This document shows positions 38,972 through 50,920 of a DNA stretch of 64,000 bases, piece by piece; the first letter of the stretch is position 1, and the number at the start of each line of letters is the position of its first letter. Origin of the DNA: Raillietiella orientalis (taxonomy: Eukaryota); assembly GCA_036172245.1 (NCBI GenBank), contig JAYWIR010000001.1, positions 1,116,001 to 1,180,000 of the forward strand, in the 5' to 3' direction. Position numbers and translations under genes: made by a program. Under the pieces are notes generated by a model, which made no database searches, was not told where the DNA came from, and saw only the letters and a program-made list of their open reading frames with translations.

Positions 38972-41900
38972 ATGTTGGTACTGTTTGAAACAGCACTTGG
39001 TTATGCAGTTTTCAAGGTAAGAAATAAAAGTAGGGTATTTTCACCAATTTTTGTCTACACATGACTGGGAATTATTTGATAATGGTAACATATTTTTGTG
39101 GTTAGGGAGACTATTTTTTAAGGGGAGGAAGCATTCTTTCATGCCAGTTTGGTTTCTTAGAAGTGATTTTCTCATGAACTAACGATTAAAAGATGTGTTA
39201 ATTATTTTAAAAGATTATTCCTTGTCACTTTAATATTGCTGTGTACGTGTAAAAATAATGGCTTCAAAATCATATGCAGAAATAAATTGTTCTCGACAAA
39301 GAGAATGCATACAAATTTTACAAAAATCACGGTGTTCTCAGTTTGTATTATGTTTATGAGTTAGGGGACAGTTGTGTCATTTTTGTGTCGAAAAAAAAAG
39401 TTCTAACAAAGTAAAAAGTAGAGCATCTGTCATTTGTGTTTGGATTTCGACCAGGACCGTCACAAAGTATTCGGTTTCCTGAAATCCTAAACTATTAGTT
39501 AAATGAGGTATTAGATTATTAGCTCATTTCCTGATGAAATAATGTAATTCCTTTCATTTGGTTTTTTTATTTCGTTTGGTGGTTACTTAGCAAAGTTGTG
39601 CCTGAGAATTTGGGGGCATTCGATCATAATTCATTGGTGACAGGATGACAACTAAATACGGTACTAAACAAAAATGTGTATTTCTTGCTTCATCAAGGCC
39701 TCAAAGAGCATAAGTTTATTAAACACAAGTCATAGCATCCCAACTTTAGAAAACCTGTTGAAGGACAATTTTTTCACAACGAAATCTATACAGAGTGTAG
39801 TTTTAGAGTATTATTGGGAAAGTTTCAGTTTAGTTTAGTTTGCAAACAATAGTTCAGTAGAAGATAGCTGTTAAAAAGTCAATTCGTAGTTCCCCCTGAG
39901 GTGGTTTGACTATACAAGCACAGGATTGCTTGTAGCTGCTGAATATGGATGTCGATATGGAGAAATTTGGAAAAATAGGATTTTGAGTGGCAATATTTTA
40001 TGTGACATTACAGTCTGAATTAGAAATCATCTGAACTATGTTGCACCTGCAAATGAATTGGTTCCCATCTATCAAGAATCGTTAACAACAGAGAACAAGG
40101 TATTTAAAAAGTAGACAGTGGTCTCTTAGAGTTTTTCTTCACAGAGTTTACATTTATTTTCACATTAGACCTTTGGTATTTGTTGTTGACAGATGTAATG
40201 TGATCACTGCAGCTGTAAAAGCGCACTTTTCTATCACTCTAAATAGAATTTAAACATTTCAAGCACGAATTTCTGCAGTTTTTCGAAAGCAATGAAACTA
40301 AAGCAATTAAGGAATTGGAAGACTAGCATTTTTCTTATTTTGAGTACATGGTTTCTGTTGTCTTATTCAACAAAAGGTTATTTAGGTAATTTATGTTAGA
40401 ATTCATAAGTTCATTGCAGTCCAGCTCCAGACTGGTTATGCTTGTTCTGGCGTTCAATACTGCATAAATAAAATATGTTGCTGCTATGCCTCTCATTAAG
40501 TGAAAAGGTACAATGCAACATTACAGCTTTATCAAGAAGTCATAGCACTTTTTGTCACAGCCTAATACAAACAGTATGCTGATTTTATACAAGTGCCAAG
40601 TCTTTTTGTTTTGTTGTGTTTTTACTGTAATTTGAATTTTTGTTATACCAGAATTGAAATTAGCGGAGCTAATCCTTCCATCCCTTTTTAAAGTATGCTT
40701 GATGATTATAGGCACACATTGCCATTTGGAAAGTTAGCTGGGTTCAACATTTACAAAAGAAAATAGCTAATGTTTTTCTGATTTGTGAGTGTTGAGAGCT
40801 ATGTTGATTTCATTATTTGGTTTGACTTCAAGCTCTGTATATTTTTTTCCAGCTGATTCGTTTTTCCAGCATATTTCATATGGATATTATCTCATGCCTG
40901 TCACTGGTTTTCTGAATGATTTTTAAAGTTGATTTTCCATATTAATCGTTAATGTATTTTTCATTAATTGTTGTGACTAGGTTTTTAGCTATGGGCTACA
41001 TCTAAATCATTTTTTGATTTATTTGGGTTTATGCTTAAGTAATTATGTCACATCAGCAGGTTTTAATTGAAATCAATGATTGTACTTTTAGTTACCATAT
41101 TGATTGGTTAGTTGTTTGCTATAAATGTGTAAGAGTGATTTCATAGCTTCCAGAGTATATATATATATCTTCATATGGCCCTCTGCTAGTTTCAAAATTG
41201 TTTTAACATAGATTGTTTGTGTATCTTAATTTGGTGTCTCAGTAGCGATCATGGTGTTTTCAAAAATAGCATGCACAATCATTTATGTATCATCAAGGCT
41301 TTGATCCTCGGTGTTATGCTTTATTTTAAAAAATCATGAAATTTTCACTTATAAAACGAAAATTTATGAATTCTTTTAAAAAATCTCTGATAGGTTGTAA
41401 AAAGTGTATTTGTTAGACTCATTTTGTAATGAAGTTAATGCATATGAATGTGATGAATGTATGGAAACTTGTTTAGAGATACACATGTGTAAGATAGTAT
41501 AAAAATCAATGACTTAATGCAAAGCATTAGCTTTGAAACAAGTTTTTATGTTATAAATTCCTGTGAATTTAAGTTCTGTTCGATGCTGGGATAACATGAG
41601 ATTCAGCAGCATTTGAGCACTATCGGTATGATTTCCAAGATGTAGAAAAAATGAAAAAAAATATAGTTCAAGTTTACAGAAAATCAAGAGATGCTGAGTG
41701 TGAAGTTTGGTTCCAGTATCAATAACTTGTGTGAAAACCCCCAAATCAAAAATTCAATGTTTGTATGTAACATTTCTATTCTGTGTTCTGGAGCTCGAAA
41801 TTTCAAATTTTTCACTTTTTCTAGATTATTTCCGCGTAAGTTTTTTTTATTTTTGCAAGGTTTTCTGCATTCATAATTCAGTTATGAATCTTTGCAGTTC

Positions 41901-44499
41901 ATAATACAATTAATTGGTTTCTTGAATAGCAAGTACTATTCTTCGTCCACTCACATATTGCGATTTCAGTGAATCTGTTTATTTCAGTTTAAGTGCCCAT
42001 GAGATGTGAAAGTTTGTTTTGTATGTTTTTTTAAAAAAAATGTGTTGTGCATAAAAGTTGATTGTTCAGGAAAATAAAAGTCCATTGAAATTGTGCAGTG
42101 AAAAATTCTTAGCTACCGTTGTTTCAAAATATCTAGTAATTTGCTCTGTATGATGTGTATTCTGTAAAGCTAAACATTTGTTATGATCAGATTAAAGAAC
42201 AGATCTGTGAATGTGTTAAAGTACAAGAACTTTTTGATCACAAAAATTTTGGTTAAATGGTTTCTGATGGATGTTTATTCTAAGCATTTTTTAAATTACG
42301 GATTATATCTTGCTTACTAACGTAGTGTCTATTCTAGCTTCTTAATGAAAAGAAGCTTCTGCAGTCTGAAAACTTGTATCAAGACTTTGCCAACTCTGAG
42401 AGTGCGAGCAAAATGTAAGAACTTTTGTGATAGTATCTCAAACTTTTGTATTTGCAGTATCAAACTAAAAGAATTTTCGAAGTTTGGTGACACAACGGAA
42501 GCTTTAGCAGCTGCTACTGCTCTAGTGGAAGGAAAAATGTCTAAAAGTTTAAAAAAACTTCTCAAGAAATTAGTAGTTGGTGGAATACAAGAAGAACTAG
42601 CTGTTGCTGATGCCAAACTTGGGGGTTTAATTCGTGAAAAGTTCAACATTTCTTGTGTATCCAACACTGCTGTTCAAGAGTTGATGCGTTGTGTCCGCTC
42701 TCAGGCTGATAGCTTACTTGGCAATGTTCCCTCAAAAGATTTATCTGCTATGGCCTTGGGTCTAGCACACAGTTTGTCTCGTTACAAGTTGAAGTTTAGT
42801 CCAGACAAAGTGGATACAATGATTGTTCAAGCTGTTTCATTGTTAGATGACTTGGATAAAGAACTGAATAATTACATTATGCGCTGCAAAGAGTGGTATG
42901 GCTGGCATTTTCCAGAATTAAGTCACTTACTATCAGATGGTTTATTGTATGTACGCACTGTTCAGGCCATGGGTATGTAGCTACATGCATTTTCTTCTGA
43001 TCTGTGCATTGGGGTGTAGGTATGCGTACCAATGCAGGTCAAGCAAATCTGGATTTTTTGCCAGAGAACATCCAACAACAGTTGTTGGAATTAGCTGAGG
43101 TTTCAATGGGGACTGAAATTTCAGATATTGATTTGGAACACATAATAAATCTGTGTGATCAAGTGATAGAAATGTCCCAGTATCGTGCAGACCTTTATTC
43201 CTATTTGACCAATCGAATGATGGCTGTTGCTCCCAATCTAACTATATTAGTAGGCGAACTTGTAGGAGCCCGCCTTATTGCCCATGCTGGTTCTCTATTG
43301 AGTTTAGCCAAACATCCTGCATCTACAGTGCAAATCTTGGGTGCAGAAAAAGCTTTATTTCGTGCTCTGAAGACTCGCCATGATACCCCAAAATATGGGT
43401 TGATTTACCATGCCCATTTAGTTGGACAGAGCAGCACTAGAATTAAAGGAAAGGCATCACGTATGCTGGCAGCCAAAGCAGCTTTAGCATCTCGTGTGGA
43501 TGCTCTGGGAGAAGAAGTTTCTTATGCTTTAGGACAGGAACATCGGGCTAAGCTGGAAGCCAGGCTTAAAGAATTAGAGGAAGGTGCTATTAATAGGGTA
43601 TCTCATCTGGGACGCCACCAGGCCAAACTTCAGAAATACATCACTCCAACGTAAGGATTCGTATTAGTTAGATAGAGTTTGTGGATGTGTTTGCAGAGAG
43701 GAAGTTCACGAGTATCCAACTGCTGCAGACTCAACTCTACCAGTAAAACGTAAGTGGACATCTGATGATACTCCACAACAACATAAAAGGATGAAAATTC
43801 AGGGAAAAGTGCCTATTACTGGTAAAAATACTTTTTTTCTTTTTTCTATTCAGGCATATGCATGTTTGCTTGCTACAGAGAAACACCAGACACCACATAC
43901 TGAAGAAACAAGTTTGCCTAGGAAGACTTTAAATTACGGAATCACTGAAGTCCAGGAATCAGCAGACTTTCAAGTGCAAAAAAAGAAGAAAAAGATGCCT
44001 TTGCCTGTGGTGTTGAGAGACCAACAATCAACAGACGTGTGTGGCACTGCGCCATCAAAACGTAAAAAACAGCAAGATTCTCAGGGAACTCTGGAAATAC
44101 GTTTTGCCTCATATGGGGAAACTTTGAATCCTGAAAGTACAGTGTTAGCATCTCATAAAAAGAAGAAAAAAGGTGCATCTGCACTGTTGGAAAATGTTCA
44201 AGGGGATCTGCAGTCATCTAATACTGATGACATTGCTTCTGAACAGAAGTCATTTCCAAAAGTATCGCGGAAATTAAGGTCGCTTCACGGAGATAGTGTA
44301 GTGTTAGAACCTCCAAAAAGGAAAAAGAGGAAGTCTGCTCCTGTTATGGTTGAGGACCCCACTATGGATGGCTCTGATGCAGGTGATTCAGGTATAATAC
44401 ATGTAGTAATATTCTTGACTTATCTCTTAATTTCAAGGTCCAGTTGTCCATCATCCCAAGCTGCTAGTGAAAAAAAAGAAAAAGAAAGGGTCTTTTTAG
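38972..44499 (+). CDS. NOP58: Nucleolar protein 58 (box C/D snoRNP core), ~655 aa, 7 exons
   Basis: Exons 38972-39016 ([15 protein letters not shown]), 42338-42414, 42458-42972, 43020-43650, 43697-43821, 43879-44391, 44438-44499. Contains [64 protein letters not shown]. The last exons are less certain. Confidence 0.96.
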
Positions 44500-47362
44500 G
44501 TGCATTTAAGGGTTAGGCGTGTTGAGCACAATTCAACCTGATAATCCCCAGAAACAGATGGCCTTATGAATATTCTGATGGTGAATCTTTTATGAGGCTG
44601 AACGATGAGAATGCATCTGTGCTTTTATAGTCATCCAAAAAACTCAGTCGACAGCAAGCAGAAATGGAAATCTTTACTGCCAATTCACTGATGCGATATG
44701 TGAATATTATCCGATACTTGTGCAGTTTGCATTTGACCATTGCATTATTGACGATGTGATTAAATATATCTTAATCTGAATTCATGGTTTTTTCCCTTGG
44801 CGAAGCAGCTGAAACTTTTCAGCATCACGTCGTATCGTATTCTTAAGATCGAAACAGTCTCACAGCCTCAGGTAATATGACGTAGTCTCGACCCTGTAGT
44901 GATTCAAAAACGGAGAAGATATTTGTCTAAAATAGCATGGCTTTCTTGGACGCTGAGTGCAATCCTCAACGTATTTAACCGAGTTAATGCTGTGTGGTTT
45001 ATACTGTGTGTCACCCAAGTGTGTACTGCAATCAAAATACGCGTGATGCCTAACTAAGTGACCATATTGCGTTTTTCCGTAATGAATGTGAAGATGTGAG
45101 AATGCAACGCAACAACAACGATATATTGACTACGTGTGTAGTTCACTCTATAGTAACGACTATGTATTTCATGGGAAACGTGTTCCTTATTGCCAAGGCG
45201 GGTTTTGATAGCTTGCCTCTGCGTACCGGAGCTTGTTGATTCTCTCTGTTCATCTTGTAGTAACTTCAGCTGATTCGGTGACACGGTATTTCAGTTATCT
45301 CGGGTGTCGTGGAGACCGCTGGCCAATTGAGTAAATTCAGTTTCGTGCCTTCGGGATTGCACGGTCCTCCCGATTTTGCAGGGCTCCTCATGATTGGCAG
45401 CAGTTGCACGTTCGTAAACATTGGAGCGAAAGAAACATGACCACTTCTGTCAGTTAAATGAGAATCCAGTTCACGAGGAGAATCGCAACGTTTACGTTCG
45501 TTTTTAAGACCAAGATTGCAAGTATATGTAATCCTCAGAATGCGGAGGGGCATTCAGCAAGAAAGATTTAGCAACACAGCCTTAGATGTTTTTCATTTTG
45601 GCATTTGACATTCGTCTCAGAAATCTTTGCATGAATGCCAATGAAGCAATGATTTGGTTTTGGGAATGCCTGATATTCGATGATTTCAACTCTCAGATAT
45701 AACCCTCTTAGGGAAGAAGGCGCCTGAGCCGGCCGATGCGAATTGCGTTTACACGGGTGTAAAATTCTTGTTTAGAGCTTTCTAAGAGCTTTTATATTAT
45801 TCTAAAATTTCATTTGTCCGCAAACGAGGTGCCACGTCGTAGCTAGCAGCTGCAACTTGTGGTGGTGGTTTTTTTTGTCTTTTCCGGGCTTTCCGACTCT
45901 TCCCGATTCAAGCATACCAAGCCAGCATCTTCATAATGTGTAGAACTTAGAGTTCGTTCCACAATACCGATATTTGCGTGTGTCTCTCAAAGGCAAAACG
46001 ATTCTTGTGTGTGAAACATCACCTTGCAACCATCGAAACGGGAAGGCTGTAAACGAGTGTACTATTGCCAATGTCGTGTTTCGTCATCATTTTTAGTTCC
46101 CGTTTTCAACCTAACGTTTAGGCAAACAACCCAATAATAAAACGTCTAATGGATGTCTTCGTTGGATGCACATGATTGCGCGCGTGTCCTGAGATTGCAC
46201 ACTTTTGCTAACCTCAGCTGGAACGTATATACACATTCCCTTCCCTTATCAGACGACTTGCTATTATTTGAAGTATAAATTACTCCTATTGTTTCCCCTT
46301 AAAATCTTAAAAGGTTTAGCGAGTCAACTGTAACGCTTTTAAAAGAATTCGCACAATGAGTGTGTGTGTGTGTGTTTTTTTTCCCTACGAGATGCATAAT
46401 ATAAATTATAATTAAAAAAATTCGATACGAATTATCTGAGAACACGACCACTGTTGCGAACCAAAGTGCCTCAAATTGTTTGATCGGGCGAGATGGCGGT
46501 GGCTGTTGAGTGGTTACTGATTTCAAACTGAGAAGCTGAGGGTTTTTACCTAAAGTCTCCGAGTAATCCCTTTGATATCATAGTAAAGAAAGGAAGGCCG
46601 TTTTTGAAAGGTAGGAATCCTATGTGACACGCTTTCAACCAGAAATCTGTTGTAGTAGCAGGTTCCGTTTTTACATTAGGCTGAAATGTAGTCTAAATGT
46701 CCGGGACTTTGTGGAGGGGGGGGGGGGGATTCAGCACCTGTTCGCTCTTTTTCCTCATGGAGGCGTTTATAATAATTTTCATTTATAATGAATTTTGGAA
46801 TGACGATGTTCCGTTCAGGTAAAATTACATGATTAAAATTAATGGACTTCTGCCTAACCCGATTATCGTATGGACAGAGCTGTACATAAATAAAAAGCGT
46901 GTACGGTGCTCCCTGCAAGGCAGCAAATAATTTGTTGCCATCGGCGATGAGCACTGCGTGCCGCACAAAATCTTGCCAATGAAATTCTTACGCACTCGTG
47001 TGCTACTACCACTGCCTTGACCACTGCATGAAGAAGAACACAGCTTCCACCGGAAGTTCAAAAATCGTTCCGAAAAGCCCATTTGATCCACGGCATTGGC
47101 TTGATTGGGAACGGGAAATCAGATTTTCAATAAAATATTCGCGTCTGCTGCTTCACCCGACTTTCTTTCTTTTCTTCTTCTTTTGGCATCCGGCTGACGT
47201 TCCTCACGGTAATCTTCGGGACAAAGTTTGCATCGTTTGATGATGAAAATAGAGGTCAAACCGAGATCTGATCGTGTGTAACCCGATCTTTTCCTCCTCA
47301 GCCGGTGGACGGGAACCGTGTTGATGCTGCCGTGTGCAGTACAGACCTGACCCGTTGTGGAG

Positions 47363-50300
47363 ATGCAAAGCTTGTATACAGATTCAGAGAACACGCGGAG
47401 CCTGCCTGTTGGGACAGGAGGAGATTTGCCGAGCCTTTCTGCTCGCTTAATGAAGCTGTCGGAGCTCCAGCTTGCTTCCCAATTCCTCAGGCCACCAATG
47501 CAAGAGATTTTCAAATGCAATAGCGTAACGGACGTTTAGTAAGCAATTTGTCATCAGTTTGAATCTTTCTGAATGAATTTGACACACTCCTGTAAGCGGT
47601 TCCTTTCTGCAACTATGTGCCGCTTGTTGTAAGTTCGATTTAAGTTGTAAGTTGTAAGTTTGTCACCATGGGCTTTTTTTTTTTTTTTTTTTCAATTGCA
47701 GCCCCCTTGTGGGTCAGCAGGAAGGGATTGGCGATCACACGAATCGAATGCAATATGTAATTTCATGGTTGTCTCACAGATTTTCCAGTTTCCTTAGCCA
47801 TCAACAGCCAAATTTTGATAATTAACCTCAAACTCGTGTATATGTGTATATCCTACGTTTAGTCCGATAGTTTTTAATGCCCTTTCCGTAGTGCTTTGAG
47901 AACAGCAGTCGTTGCAACCAATGATACCATCTGTTTTTTCAATTTGCTTCCATTTTTAAAATCGTATATTTTGGAATTGTGCTATTTGTATCCTTGGAGT
48001 TGGTGAATTTCATGCAATGCTAGAACTTTTGTTGTTTTGTTTCTAAAGTGATTTTTTTTTGTTTTATTTTGTTTTGTCTTTGAATAACAAATACAACGAT
48101 TCCTTTCTCGTAGAATCTCTGGATGTTTCATCTGTTTTCGATTCTAGACTCCAGATCAATTGTGGATTCCCTTCGCAGAGTTTGACTTCTGGACTCCTTT
48201 TTGTCTCTTCTTTAGTTCTGATTTATCCGAGAGTTATTTTGCTTCCATTCGGCTAAGGATTCTAACATTTTTTCAAACTAAAAACAGATCATTTCATGGT
48301 AGCAGCTGAAGGTTTTGCGTCAGCTAACAGCGTTTCTGCTGTCTTTGGATGATTTTTTTTTTTAACGTAGTATAAACTACATAATTCAAACAGGCTACAT
48401 TCTCCTGCGCTTTAATGACTTGCCTGGTATCTAACAAGCAAACGACTGTTATTAAATATCAGGCAATTCATCAAGGTTTTTCTGTTTAAGACTTGGCTGG
48501 AGCTGGCACGCAGTTTCGTAACAGGAAAAAGAAACATACGGTTCTGTACTCTCTCACAGATGACGCAAAGAGGTGAAGCACCAATGGCGTTTAAGAGCAA
48601 AAAAGGCGTTTCATATGATGTAAATTTTTGGATCTCTGCGCGTAAGAGGACTGTAAAAATAGCAGGCTGCTAAATCAATCTGAGGCCAAACTTTGAAGGC
48701 ATGTTTTCTTATTCCATCAGTTTTCCGGTAATTACAAACGAGTAAGTTTCGGCAGACTTGCCAAAAGCTCTTCCGAGGTCAGGGGTGAAAATCTAAACGG
48801 AGACAGAGGGCTACTTACATCTGAAAAACAAAAACAAAAAATCATTAATACGAAAAAAAAGAAAAGACAGCTATTCTATTTCAAACTTCGAATACATTCA
48901 TTGAAAACAAGAGCTTCCAATATAAACGTGTGCTAGCCAGTGATAAAAATACCGAATTACTGGTGTATGAAGCTGGACTACCACCGGTCAGTTATATTTC
49001 TGGAAAGGAGGAATAGGAAAATCGATCCTCAAAGGTCCATTGAAGGAAAGGAATGTTTGACGACGAGCGGTATGATCAGGGGTTTTTGGCAATAGGGGCA
49101 TTGGAGGCTGATTTAAAAATGTGAGATTGTCAACACAGATGCGATTGACCATCCATGCAGGAATCTTGTATTCTCCTTTTGGACATTCCACGACAGTGTC
49201 CACTCATGACATGCACATATATGTGGAGCGGCAAAAAAATTCGTTGGTATTCAATTTCCAAGTTTCGATCCAGATTTTCCATCATGGAAGCAAAAACTTT
49301 AAACTGAAATAACATTTTGGAAATGTGCAAGAACCTTAAGAGCTGGAATGGAGGCATTTGGTTTTCGGAATCAGCGGCAGTCATTTACATGCCGATTAGA
49401 AATCATATTGTCATCCAAAAACATGCCTCCGAGTCCAAGACACAGCTTAGGTTTTTTCCTCCACAGGCTGAATTTCCGAGTCGCTAATAAGTGGCTCAAG
49501 ACGTGAAAGTGTGGTGATGTCCAAAGTTTGGATACGACTCTTTGCATCCTATTAGAATGCTTTCATATATCAGAAACATGGACGAATTACTACTACAGAG
49601 ACAGTCCAGTCCGTCTAGGGGTATCTATGAAATTTCCAGCTAACACACATGTGCCATATTATACTTTAGCAATTCCTAGACCATTCTGATGCTGCTCACA
49701 TCTTTGAGCATTTCTTGTTTAAACGCTAATTGAATGTTCTACTAAGTCATCCATTAAGAGTGAGCTCAAATCGTAACAAGGTGTTCGCTTTCTCTTCACG
49801 AATTTCACAAAAGTTCGAACATTTTGAACTAGTCCTGTTTCACTCTTTGACAACTAGTCCGATCCACCTTGCAGCATTATTTGATAGCCAGTTTCGGCGT
49901 ATTTAATCACCTTAATGTGCGGCTGCTTCCAAAGCTAGTTGGTTATCCGCGCCACACTTGGCTAAAATAAGCTCTTCAGATCAAAACACCTCTCTTGTTC
50001 CGAGCACAGTTCTTACTTTAAGTCTGAGTTTATAAGCTGCAGTTTACCATGCATGGGGTTCCACATTGTCTCATGCGAGTAAATATCTTCATTTGCTCAG
50101 AAGCAACGCATGTCACATGTTACGATTTCTTTTGCAGCCACCTCATGTTCGTTCTCACCTACCACCGTCTCCGCAGCCCATGGTTTACTAAAGCCTCTTT
50201 CTGTCTTCTACTCGATTCCTACACCTACACTCTACGTGTCTTTTCATTCGACACGTGTCTTTTTTGATTTGTTTTGTAACTGAAGGTTGTAGCTTGACGG

Positions 50301-50884
50301 GTTTACATCGACCTACAAAGTGTGTATTTGTTTGTCTGAATGAATCTTCGAAAGTCTTTTTCAACACGTATAGAAATATAGAATCCCTTGTCGATTCTGT
50401 GTACTCTTGCCCCTGGATCTTTGAAACCTCTGCAAATATGACCCTCTGAGATAATGAACAAGGGCTGCTCATCCAAGTGAAGTTCGCAATTCCTTCCTTA
50501 AATGAAGTGCTTAAATGAAATGAAGTGCTTTCTCAGCAAATCATCAGCAATAACAGCCTTCTTAACTCACTTCGCTGATGTTTGCCTTCAGAATATGGCG
50601 CTTTTATGAAGTCAAAGTTTCCTATCACATGGGGGTTACTTCCAGATCTTGTGGAGAGCATTTTCGTTGATGGTCGATTACGGTCTATTACGTTCTGTTT
50701 CCATGTTAGCAGTGTCTGTTTCATTCTCTTTGTGAGAGTGGGTTTTTCATAGTAACCATGTTGTCACCCTTTCCTTTATTTCGTGGTACATGCAGTTCTA
50801 TCACAATTTTAGGGAAAAAGATTTTTGCATGTAACTACATTAACGGAAATTTAACCAAATCAAATAAGTAAAAAGATAAGTGGA

Positions 50885-50920
<36 letters not shown>

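Noticed and set aside
40698..40785. TGATGA...CTGA pair in NOP58 intron 1
   Set aside because: No terminal stem or recognisable guide; expected by chance in AT-rich DNA.
42185..42212. AAGAACAGAT, complementary to U2 snRNA (possible guide RNA)
   Set aside because: Only 10 nt and not followed by a canonical D/D' box.
45266..45553. FVPSGLHGPP resembling Gypsy RT 'MPFGL..AP'
   Set aside because: Single short motif with no supporting neighbours.
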